This document shows, piece by piece, positions 12,628 to 23,666 of a stretch of DNA of 64,000 nt. How positions within the stretch are numbered: the first letter of the stretch is position 1; the number at the start of each line of letters is the position of its first letter. The notes under the pieces are model-generated. The model saw only the letters and a program-made list of their open reading frames with translations, was not told where the DNA came from and did no database searches. The DNA comes from Malacoraja senta (Eukaryota). A program made the position numbers and the translations under genes. The stretch covers positions 22,444,001 to 22,508,000 of the forward strand of contig CM075983.1 of the NCBI GenBank assembly GCA_038087875.1, in the 5' to 3' direction.

Positions 12628-14512
12628 TGAAGCATCACTCCCTGAAGAGCTCAATTTTGTTCTACGCACACTTTGATAGGGAGAACACTGATGCGCCTTC
12701 CCGAGCCTCCATACGCCCTGATGGTATTACACTCACAGTCACAGAGGCCGATGTCAGAAGATCCTTCGGGGGGTGAACCCTCGGAAAGCACCTGGACCTG
12801 ATGGTATACCCAGTCGAGTTCTCAAAACCTGTGCAGGCCAACTGGCTGGAGTTTTTGCGGACATTTTCAATCTCTCATTACGGAGGTCTGAGGTTCCCAC
12901 CTACTTTAAGAGGGCATCAATAATACCGGTGCCCAAGAAGAGTAAGGTGACGTGGCTCAACGAGTATCGACCAGTGGCACTAACGTCCGTGGTGATGAAG
13001 TGCTTTGAGAGGTTGGTTATGGTGCATATCACCTCCTACCTCAACAAGACTCTCGACCCACTACTGTTCGCCTACCACCACAACAGGTCAATGGAGGATA
13101 CGATCTCACTGGCTCTCCACTCCGCACTGGACCACTTGGACAATAAAAACACGCATCAGGCTGTTTATAGACTATAGCTTGGCGATCAATACCATCATCC
13201 CCTCCAAGCTGGTTACCATCTTTGAATACCCTGTGCATAGGGAGAGGGTAGGACCAAGGATCTCCTGGTTGGGTTGCTCCTGGGCCCTGGCCATCCGTGA
13301 GTCATGGCGCCAGGCGGAAGAGGGCTCTGCCCGAGCCGGCTGCCTGCCCCTTTTCCGGGGTTACGTCCGTGCCCGGGTGGTGTTAGAGAAGGACTGCGCG
13401 CTTTCCACGGGCACCCTAGGGGATTTCCGGGAACGCTGGGCACCGCAGGCGGTTGAATGCATCTTTGAAAAGGGGTGTAAGATAGTTGTATAATAGTTTA
13501 TCGTTTGTCGTGTATTATGGTGGTGGGCTCTGTTTTTTTTTACTGTACTGTATATATTATTTTAATATTTGAATAAATGTTACCAAGCTCATGGAACTGG
13601 GAATCTGCACATCCCTCTGCAATTGAATCCTCGACTTCCTCATCCACAGACCACAGTCTGTTCTAATTGGCGGAAATACTTCTTCCTCATTAACAATCAG
13701 TACGGGAGTACCTCAAGGCTGCGTGCTCAGCCCCCTGCTCTACTCACTCTATACTCATGACTGGGTAGTCGGACACAGCGTGAACTCCATCCTCAAGTTC
13801 GCCGACGACACCACCATTGTTGGACGAATTACAGATGTTGATGAGTCAGAGTATAGAAGTGAGATCGACCGATTGACCTAATAGTGCCAGTACAACAACC
13901 TGGGTCTCAATATCAATAAAACCAATGAACTGATTGTGGACTTTGGAAGAGGAATGGTTGACGAGGACTCACAATCCTGTTTATAGCAACGTGACGATGG
14001 TGGAGAGAGTCAAAAACGTCAAATTCCTGGGCGTGCATATTTCCGAAGACCTTTCCTAGACCCAGCACACAGATGCAATTATAAATAAAGCACATCAACG
14101 CCTCTACTTCCTGAGAAGGTTACGGTGATTTGGTGTGTCAGAGTGGATTCTCTTGAACTTCTACAGTTGTATAGTAGAGAGCATATTGACTGGTTGCATC
14201 ATGGCCTGGTTCGGCAACTTGAACACCCAAGAGCGGAAAAGAATGCAAAAAGTTGTGAACACTGCCCAGTCCATCACCGGCTGTGACCTCCCCACCATTT
14301 AAGGGATTTATCGTAGTCGCTGCCTCAAAAAGGCAGCCAGCATCATCAGAGACCCGCACCATCCTGGCCGCACACTCATTTCACCCCTGTCATCGGGAAA
14401 AAGTTACAGGAGCCTGAAAACTATAACGTCCAGGTTCAGGAACAGCTTCTTCCCTACAGCCATCAGGTTATTAAAAACTACAACCTCAAATAAGCTCTGA
14501 ACTACAATAGAC

Positions 14513-14548
<36 letters not shown>

Positions 14549-14853
14549 ACTACTATTGTTTGTTTTTTGTGTGTATGTATGTGTGGTGTCTTTATGTGTA
14601 TATATATCTATATATATATATATGTGTGGGTGGGTGTGTGTACTTGTGAGCATGTGTATATATACACACTGAACTTTTTTTTCTCTCTCATTTATTATAT
14701 TGTTATGTACTATGTACTATGTACTAGTACTATGTACTATTGTTGTGTACTATGTTTACATTTTCTGTTGTGCTGCAGCAAGTAAGAATTTCATTGTTTT
14801 ATCTGGGACATATGACCACAAAACACTCTTGACCCCGGACTCTCTCTCTTGAC
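12628..14853 (+). mobile_element. Rex1/Babar-clade LINE, 5'-truncated and decayed (RT plus C-terminus and 3' UTR with microsatellites)
   Basis: [12 protein letters not shown]...FNLSL...[18 protein letters not shown]; [15 protein letters not shown]; KFADDTT; QRLYFLR; RFRNSFFPTAIRLL. Stops and frameshifts are present. Confidence 0.92.
13219..13578 (+). mobile_element. Tx1-clade LINE 3' end nested in the Rex1 element
   Basis: LFRGYVRARVVLEKDCALSTGTLGDFRERWAPQ ORF2 end, then aataaa. TSD gttacca at 13212-13218 and 13579-13585. The Rex1 frame (IIPSKLVT|KLMELG) rejoins across it. Confidence 0.8.
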
Positions 14854-15413
14854 TCTTTACCACTTCAATCAGGCAGTGTCAGCATTGAATAGCCTTGAAT
14901 CCCTACAGGAAAAGGAGATTGTGAATGCTGTTGAATGGTTCCCTGAGCAGATTGTCAAAGTCACATGGCAGGATTGTTCATCACCAGAAATTCCAAACAT
15001 ACACCAAAGAAGTTGCTTGTTTTTTGTAAGAAGGACTGTTCCTGTCAGTTCCTTCATGTACAACAGTGCATCTCGAGATGTTTGTAATGTCATCAGCCAG
15101 ATCCTTCTTGAATGCGTGTTTGCCAAGATGGGCTAGTAAGGATGTAAATGGTACATTTTGTGTTTCATCCTGAACAGTTGGTCAGCAGAGGATGCCCTGC
15201 TTTTATAGGTGGTTTCCAGGGAAACATTATAAGACAAGCACCAGCTACCACTCAAAGTTTACCAATTCAGTGAAAGACACACTTTGGTCTGTCTGAAACA
15301 CTGCTCGTGCTGTGCAAGGAACTGTCCATGGCTAAAACCTTCAAGCTGGCATATCCCAAGGTCTTGAGTGATGCGCTGAAGACTTCTGTAGGGAAAGGCC
15401 ACTATGGTACTAT

Positions 15414-15527
15414 TGTTAATACTAGTCAAATGGGAGAGGCTAGGACACTAAAATTGAGTAAAGGCTTCTGGACTGCTGGGCCATTTGGTCAATTTAAATG
15501 TGCCTTCTGCAGAAATGGGACAAGCTG
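15414..15527 (+). repeat. 5' LTR remnant (rest of LTR, PBS and gag start deleted)
   Basis: Hand alignment to 19427-19539 gives about 12 substitutions and 1 indel in about 114 bp. Confidence 0.85.
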
Positions 15528-15657
15528 GTTAGTGCTGACTTCGAGGGGGAAGGAGATGAATATTTGGAAGAATGAACAAATGTTAACGCTAGTGGAAGTT
15601 CACAGCTCCCACCATGTTCCTCTTGCATTTCCCAGGCTTCACTCGCACCTTGTATGA

Positions 15658-17210
15658 CATGTCCGTAATAAATATTTTAGGTCTGCAGGATCTATAACAA
15701 CTCCTGCAGATTCTACATCTGAACAGATTCTACCAACAGCAGATACTGGGGAACCAGATTCTTCGACCCTATCCACTCCATCATTGATAGATCGTCCAGT
15801 GGCTTATGGCCCCCGGAGTAGAATGAAGAGGTTAGCTCCGGTGTTTAAAGAAAGGGAAGGTATGTTAGACATAGTGCAACAGCCAGAGTATTACTGTGAG
15901 CCACAACCTAGACAGATTATACGAGCAGTGAGAAAGAGGAACGATTTATTTGGACATTATCGGGAAACGCCTAGCGAACGGGAAGATTCATCTGAGGGTG
16001 AGACAGTGATTGAAGATATCGAGATAGATTTTGATGTAACTGAAAGTTTACAAATTAAACAGATATCCCATAGGCATTTCCCAGTGAGACAAGGGCTGGG
16101 TACAGCGGATTCGACCAGCGCAGTAAATCTGAATAATCCCCGTACCACAGATATCCATACTCCGTGGAAGCCCCATGAAATAATGGCAGTACTAAACAGA
16201 ATCACTGATAGGAAGAAGTCACCTGCTGCTTTTATAGATTATTTAAGAACCACAATGCGTGTATATCATGCAGATTCCCAGGATTTGTGGGAGACCATAC
16301 AACAGATAATTACTCCAGCTGAAAATACCAAATTTCTAGTAGCCATAGGACACCCAACTTATGAAGCCTTGGCAAACGTAGTAGTGGATGACAGTGCAAG
16401 AGAAGAGGCTGTTTTAACGGCCCTTGCAAAAACGTTTCAGAAACCAAGCGATTTAAAACGAATTCAGGAAATAAAACCAGAAAAGAGTGAAAGAGCAGAC
16501 GGATTTTTAGACCGTTTTTCAAAATTATATATGGACCAATCAGGTGACAGACTATTAGAATGGAGCAAGTTCCCCACAGTATTGTGCCATCTTATTGAAT
16601 TGTCTCCCCACTAAAGTAGCAGACTCAATTAAGACTGATAACAGGGACTGGTCTGAGAACAGAGCCAGTCAAATAGCCAGAGCTGTGACGCACTATTGGA
16701 AGGAGGGCAGGAAACAGGAAAATTATCCTGTAAGTAGAAGAGAAACTCATAGCCAAGAAAGAAGTGCCAAAATCTAACTCTGAACCATGGATCCCCAGAG
16801 TACCAGCAAATTACGGATTGGGAGAAATTAAGGTTCCAGATTACTCAGATTATTATTACAATTACACTCCCAATTTAGAACCCATTCCAATGGAACTAAG
16901 GGGTAGAATAAAGCCGACCATATTGCCTAATCAATGCTACACTTGTGAGAGGATGGGACACTGGAGTCGAGCCTGTCCAACAAGGGAGTGAGTGAGAGAG
17001 AGGGGTCAAAGAAGGGATTTCCAGGATTATGAAGAAATTAGAGATCCTAGAGAATTTAGAAATATCTGAGATCCCAGGAATTATGGGAGGTCCTTTAATT
17101 CAAGAGACTACTGGGACCCAAGAGAACAGAGAGAGAGAGATGGCCCCGAATGTCAGGAACCAAGAAGTCACACACCGTTCACACAGGCCAACCCGTTTTC
17201 TCAGTCCTGA
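15658..17210 (+). pseudogene. gag: Retroviral gag (class I, gamma/epsilon-like), frameshifted
   Basis: Capsid start HTPWKPHEI..SPAAFIDYL..YHADSQDL; MHR DLKRIQEIKPEKSERADGFLDRF; knuckle CYTCERMGHWSRAC (16935-16976); DPR-repeat tail ending TQANPFSQS* at 17208-17210. Confidence 0.85.
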
Positions 17211-17246
17211 CTTACCAACCCGTCCAGGAATTGTGGATGTGGAGTC

Positions 17247-17573
17247 ATGACCCCTACTCTAGAACCCCCTCAAGTAATTTACCAGAATGAACAAATTGGA
17301 TGTACTATCATAGTAAAAACTGAAGATTATATAAAAGAAAATTGTAAACAATCTTATGACTGCCCAAGAAAACCCCATAGAGCAAAGAACATTGTAAATC
17401 AAGGAGTTTGTCACATCTGTACACAATTGGGTCATTGGAGCAAGGAGTGCCCAGCGAGAAGACAGAATATAGCAGAATGGAAGAAAAATCAAGGGGCAAT
17501 AAAGAAAGTAAGAAAAGGAGCCAGTAGCTGGTGTCAGAAGGAATGGGAACTAAGGAGAACTGAAATGGCATGA
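17247..17573 (+). CDS. ERV zinc-knuckle ORF, in frame with and downstream of the gag stop
   Basis: CHICTQLGHWSKEC (CX2CX4HX4C, 17409-17450); the frame is open from 17211. Confidence 0.55.
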   Translation: MTPTLEPPQVIYQNEQIGCTIIVKTEDYIKENCKQSYDCPRKPHRAKNIVNQGVCHICTQLGHWSKECPARRQNIAEWKKNQGAIKKVRKGASSWCQKEWELRRTEMA

Positions 17574-19414
17574 GGGAGTGAAGAAACAAACTTATTGTGC
17601 AGGAAGTACGGGAGTGGGAAAATTAGCTATTGTACTAACTCGTTACTAAGTTTGTGCCTGCAGGACAGTATAATTGACAACATACTACATGAGGAGTGAG
17701 GTAAAGAATATACAGACCCCTTGAGAACAGGCAGAAGACAGCTCAGGTAATGTCGCTCCCCAGAAACAGGAACCAACAACAAGGAGGAAATGATACTGTC
17801 CTGTCCCTTTAAGACAAATCTGGGAAGGCCAACAGATAGAAAAGGCTGCTCCTCAGTATCCCTACTCGTTTGAAACTGACATCGAGGAAGAAGAAGAAGA
17901 TACCTACCCTAGTGCCCAACTTTAATATCATCTAGCTTTTGACACCAGTGAAGGAAAGGAAAATAACACTATCCAATCTTTCCTAAAGAAACAACACAGA
18001 CAACCTGTGACGACTATTGGGGCGAGCTCCACTTTAAAGAACTGAATTTAAATTTGAAAATGGACATTCCTCTGGGGTTCGGGGCAAAATACTCACTTTG
18101 CGCCTAAATTTAGTTATAAATAAAATGATTTGAAAAGGGCTTATGGGATATAGTTTTAAAAATTGTTAGAGAATTGACTGATGACTTGGCATTCTTCTCT
18201 TGTCTCACCCATAGGAGGATAATCAAAGATGGGACGCGACTATCTAGTTGCTATCAAGAAAGGGACAGACCCTAGCAGATATCAGGAATTAAGACATACC
18301 CTGGAAACATCAGGTGATAGTATAAAATGATGAGGTAGACTGAAAATTTATGAGTTCCCCTCGGAAAGTCAATACTAACCATCTAGAAATTACTCAGTGA
18401 TTAGGAAACTAGTATAAGAGAGAAACCCTATGGATTAAGAGCCAAGCCAACATACTATGGAAGAAGTACTGGAGGAGAAATCTATTGAATTAGAAGGAGA
18501 AATAAAGAAATGGATGTTGATATCAGAGTCGATGTATTTGACCGGTTAAATTGTTTAACCCTTGATAGTAAAGCTGCTTCTATTATCAAGGTGGAAAGAA
18601 ATTGTCCCTAGATTCGGCATTCTAGATTTGGCTTTATGATAAAATTGACAACATATGGAAATTAATTGATTAAATTTGAACAGCTGGGAATTCCACAGGA
18701 ATTGGAATGGAATTGTATTATCGGCCACAATGCTGTGGAATGAGAAGGGTGAGATGGACACTGAAATTTAAAAAAGTAAATTGAAGGCTGAATTTGGTTG
18801 AACTGAAACATTCTTCATGGTTTGTTTTAAATAAGGGTCATGCCTGTAGGGAAATCTGGACTGAACCCAGCTGAAATTTATATGAGAAACCATCATCAGA
18901 TATACATATTATAACATTGTGTGAATACGGAGAGAGCTGATTAGTGTTGATCCTAGGATAGTAAAGCGTATATTATAGAACAGAATAGTAATAGGAGTAC
19001 AGTGATAGAGTAGAATATAATAGAGCAGAATAGTGAAATGGAAAAGGGATAGTATTGCAGAATTACAGTGAATGTATGGGAAAGCATTAGTACATGAATG
19101 GTAACTTGCTTTGTCCCAAGTTTTTCAGGAATTATAGGTTATAGGTTTGACTATGGAAAGGGATGGAAGAATGGGCAACAACACAGATGGAGGGAATTCG
19201 CGCCCACAAAAACTCGGGAGGAGAAGACTCATCAGATGGAAATTGTGAAGCTACGCCCATGAAAACTCGGGAAGCTTGACAAGATTCTGGGAAGAAACAT
19301 CATCGTCTCATTGTTGTTAATAGAGGGAGAATGTAATAGACACACATATGTATATCTGGTTATCTGATTATCTGATTATTTGGTTATCATAGATAATGGT
19401 TTATCATATATGAT

Positions 19415-19426
19415 AAAAGGAAGGAA
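19415..19426 (+). other. Polypurine tract
   Basis: aaaaggaaggaa immediately before the TG of the 3' LTR. Confidence 0.8.
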
Positions 19427-20197
19427 TGTTAATTCTGGTGAAATTGGAGAGGCCAAGACACTAAAATTGAGTATAGGCTTCTGGCTGCTAGGCCATTTGG
19501 TTAATTTAAATGTGTTTTCTGCAGAAATGGGAGAAGCTGCAGAATGGTGCCAGTTTGTCTGGAGCCCAGATAAGAGCTACAGGAAGAGAATGAAACATCT
19601 GCAGATCCTGACAATTAGGTGCAAATTGCATGGAATAGATTGGATGAATACAAACCAGACATACACATTGTACATATTGTTGCAAAGCTTTACTTTGCTA
19701 GATGTTGATTGGATTAAGTATTGAGCCTTGTCTGGGTTTCTTGAATATCAAGGCACATGTTGCGATGTTTGCTTCCTTTCAGAAGCTCCGTTTGAATACA
19801 ATGTATTAGTCACTGTATTATTGGGTTGGGGAAATGTCTATCATAACTGTGTTAATCTATATCTGTTATTGGACTGTATAAAGACCACTCCCATGTGGTT
19901 CGGCCCCTCAAGGTTCGGGGACCTATAAAAGACAGCTCCCACGAGGTCCTGTGTCGATCTTCTGGGAGAACGCTTAGGACTGCGTGACCTTCTGGAGTGT
20001 CTCTGCTTGAACGAGGCTAAAGAGGGCTTGGCCAGGCAGATACGAGGATCAAACCCGCAGTGGTTAGGTATAGTAGTGGGAACTGTAATTGTGTTTTGTC
20101 AAAATAAAGATTAGTTGCGCAAGTGCTTGATTCAGTGATTTTTGACTGAAACTAGACTGGGGTGGGGGGGGGGGAAGCTTAGAACGAGCTATTTACA
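19427..20197 (+). repeat. 3' LTR (771 bp)
   Basis: Starts TGTTAAT and ends ATTTACA (imperfect inverted termini); TATAAAA at 19924-19930; AATAAA at 20103-20108. Confidence 0.85.
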
Positions 20198-21039
20198 TTA
20201 TGACGTGAGTCAATACTTATCATTAAATGTATGAGGAAGAAAAACTGATGTAATGTGGATATCATGTAAATCTCGTAACAAGTGGAATGCTACATCTTGA
20301 GAAATTATTGATATGTGAATATTATATATTATAACTAGATTTGTGATTTCAGAAGAGGAAGAGAGAGGGAAAGAGGTACAAATCATCTCTCACACCAGAG
20401 GAATTGTTCATGAACTTTATGCAGCAGATTTGTGTGACCAGCAGCATGTATACCTACAAGATTTATGTCTAGGTCCTGTTCCTTTGATTGCTTTATTTAC
20501 TTCTTCATAGTAAATTGAAATATTGCATGACTGTACTTTATTAAATTAACAAGCATATTGTAATGTACAAATACAGATTCAAAAAGGGTAAACTTTTTGA
20601 TGAATGAACAATAAGATTGTTTTCAAGGCACAGAATTATTTGGGAGAAAGGAATTAATCAAATATCGCTACAAATAAAAAATTCAATATTGCTTTTCAAT
20701 TACCATTAAATCACTGCTACTTTCCCAGGATGTTTGCCTTGTTCATGATCAGTAACTTTTGTTTTTCTTATTGTTTTTGTTAAGATTTTGACCAAAACTT
20801 GTTTCCATAGTCTGTGTTAATTTTTGATTTATTCCATGTGGCTTCCAACTATGATTAGATTTCTTGAATGTGCAATATTCATACATTAGCACATGCTCTA
20901 GACTTCTCTCTCCAGAAGCACAATTTACTTCCCGTCAAAATTGTCCTGGTCCACGATTCTACTTCACCCTTCGCCACAAAATGTTTCTTCCTTTCAGGCA
21001 TCAAAAAGTACAAATTTCAACATTTCCTGAATTCTAAAA

Positions 21040-22150
21040 ATTCCTCCAGGTAATTTTCCTCTTCATTTTTCCCTGGCCCCATCCACCTCCCTTCCATCCT
21101 TGCTGGGTTTTCACTGTCCCTCCCTCCTCATTCCACCTCAAAAGTGGCTTCAACTTCTTCCTCTACATCCCTTTCTATTTAATTCCATGTCCACATAATA
21201 TTTACAGTAGCTCTTCTCCTGGCACGTTTGCTTCCATACCAGAGCTTTGGTCTGGGCTTCACCACAGACTGCATTCTTTCTTCCATCTTTACAATTTCCA
21301 AACTACCAGGATCTCTCCCACTGGGTTGTTCTTGTAGACTTGTCATTTCATCATATTTTTGTCCCAGTTCAGTTTAGTTCAGTTTAGAGGTACAGTGTGG
21401 AAACAAGCCCTTCGGCCCACTGAGTCTGCACCGACCAACGATTACCTGTGCACTAGTTATATTCTACACATTGGGGACAATTTACAGAAGTCAATTAATC
21501 TACAGACCCACACATCTTTGGAATGTGGGAGGAATCCAGAGCACCCGGAGGAAACACATGCGGTCACAGGGAGAACATACAAACTCTGTACAGACAGCAC
21601 CCGTAGTCAGGATCGAACCTGGGTCTCTGGTACTGTAAGGCAGGAACTCTATTGCTGTGTGCGCCGTCCTGCTTTCTCCACTTCTCCATTCACTTACCAC
21701 TTACATTTGGGAAACTTATGCTGTCCTCTGCCACTTTCATAATTTCCAATTTCATAATCCCAAATGGCTCTCTTTTTTAACAAGGACATCCAATTCCTCT
21801 GCACGTCCATCCCACGGCAGGTTGGCCCAATGACCCATTGTCTTGTCCTTGTGTCAAAGCCCAATTGGTTCCCTTCATGACCTCACACTTTTGCCTTGCT
21901 GAACCCATTCTCACGTTGAACACCTTCTCTGTTACCTTCACCCACTTCCTCCAAATCAAAAGGTGCAGCTTTGGGAACTTGCATGAGTCCAAGCAGTGCC
22001 TTTTTCTTTTAGGGATATGTGGATCAGTCCTCATTTCAACCATTACTGCCTAATCTTTATTTCCAGTTTATTAATGACCATATTGGTGTTGTTTTCTGCT
22101 TTCTTCAGAACTCAAACATTTCATCAACTTTGCTGCTAAATTCTACCCTC
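21040..22150 (+). mobile_element. Decayed Penelope-like reverse transcriptase fragment, interrupted by a SINE
   Basis: LAEPILTLNTFSV..HFLQIK..(G)AALGTCMSPS..FLXGYVDQS..INDHIG..ELKHFINFAAKFYP resembles the Penelope RT motifs QxxGxAMG and YxDD. Confidence 0.6.
21365..21665 (-). mobile_element. HE1-type SINE
   Basis: Family match. Confidence 0.85.
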
Positions 22151-23509
22151 GCAGTCAATTAATTCAACTATTTCAGATTGTTGTGACTTTAAATGAGCCA
22201 GACAGAGAGTGGAGCTGTAGATATAAAAAGCATTTATTCATCACAACAAGCAGGCATGCTGGAAGAATTTTTAATGAATCCCTCTGAATTCAAATACATG
22301 GTGGTTTTATTCTCTTTAAACACAATGATAACAATAGGTGATTAAATACAATTTTCAATAGTTACAGTTACTTTGTTCAATATTTTTGGTGTAGACAAAT
22401 GACTGTAGGTTTACATATTTATAATGGGAGCACATCTCAACTCACAAGAATACTTTTGTATATTCAAATATTTTAGTTGAGAATCACTCAAAACAGCTTT
22501 TCCTATTCATATTGGTCTATTCTGATGAAAAACCATCAGCCTATAAAGTCCTCTGCCTTTTCTCTCGTCACAGATGCTGCCCAACTTGCTGAGACATCTA
22601 ACATGTAACGCTTTTCCTTCATCACCCCACCTGTCTCTGCTGCCCAGTTTTGGACTGAGGTAAATTGAGGTAAAAGTAATGAGGTTATGAAGATGGGAGA
22701 CCACAGAGATGCAGAGGAAACCCCAGACAGAGGGCTTCAAACTTCTGAATAGCCTCTAAAAGCGTGAGCCCACGCATATGTGCTTTTTCCTTTCCAAAAT
22801 TTTCTGATGGTAAAGGAATGATAGTTATTTGAAGAATCGTTCTGACATTAGGAATTCTAAAACAACATCATTTTTTTTTAACGATAAGACACTATAATAG
22901 GACAATTCAGGTAGTTGTATTCAGCTAATATGCAAGCCAACACGTTCAGAACTGAACGATATGAATGAATTGTGTTTGAGAGGGTGGGTATATGGGCCGT
23001 GGAAAGCCCGATGTAGTTGCGCACAATGTTACCTGCTCCCTGGTGTCCATCAGCTGTTACACCCTTGTCCTTTGCTCGCTACTCCAGAGAACGTGAACAG
23101 TCACTAACCGACTCCACGAGTTGTATTTTTTAAATCTAAACCACCCCCCCCCCCCCCCCAAATCCAGTGTTGATCAGTAGAGAGGGCAGTGGATAAACTA
23201 CTGAAATAAAGATGCAACTACACCTAAATGCAGCAGCGGGAATGCTATTAGGTCGAAGTTATTTAGCAATAAAGAAAACTCTCGAAGTGCCATCGAGACC
23301 CGGGAAGATGGTTTGCACCGGACTAGCGAGTTTTCTAGCTGTGCCCCTGCAAATAAAGTAGTTGCGGCGGCGCTAGGACCCTGGGGACGCGACTGCAGTG
23401 AGGAGTGGTGGAAATGTGCGCAGCAGACAGCGATATGGAGCGAAAGTAAACTCATTCCTCGCTTCACACAACACTATATACATAGAAAAAATACACGTCG
23501 ATTATATCA

Positions 23510-23666
23510 GCCCGAGCTCGGTGCTCTTGCACCGTCGGGACCGCACTTTCACAAGCTCCGGGGCCCGCATTCGGAGCTGAGCTGATCTGGATCGGATCGG
23601 AGCTGGACCTGGACCTGGACCGAGAAAGCAGCAGCAGCAGCAGCAGCAGCTCGGGATTACATTCAG
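23510..23666 (+). other. Candidate non-coding first exon of an unidentified host gene (start approximate)
   Basis: GC-rich, ATG-free segment with (GGACCT)n and (AGC)8 repeats, ending at donor TTCAG|gtattt; AT-rich TATA-like element near 23475. Confidence 0.55.
23627..23650 (+). repeat. (AGC)8 trinucleotide repeat
   Basis: Read directly from the sequence. Confidence 0.95.

Larger units (their letters stand above)
15414..20197 (+). mobile_element. Endogenous retrovirus-like LTR element with gag, lacking recognisable pol and env
   Basis: Partial 5' LTR 15414-15527 matches the 3' LTR start; gag capsid, MHR and CCHC motifs; PPT; TG...CA termini; flanks ctat/ttat may be a 4-bp TSD with one mismatch. 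Confidence 0.88.

Noticed and set aside
13005-13493. 162-aa ORF
   Set aside because: Chimera of an off-frame Rex1 segment and the nested Tx1 3' end, not a gene.
17029-17250. 73-aa ORF MKKLEILENLEISE...
   Set aside because: Alternative frame overlapping the gag DPR-repeat tail.
20353-20448. Possible exon encoding EEEERGKEVQIISHTRG...
   Set aside because: Weak donor, no recognisable protein and no partner exons.
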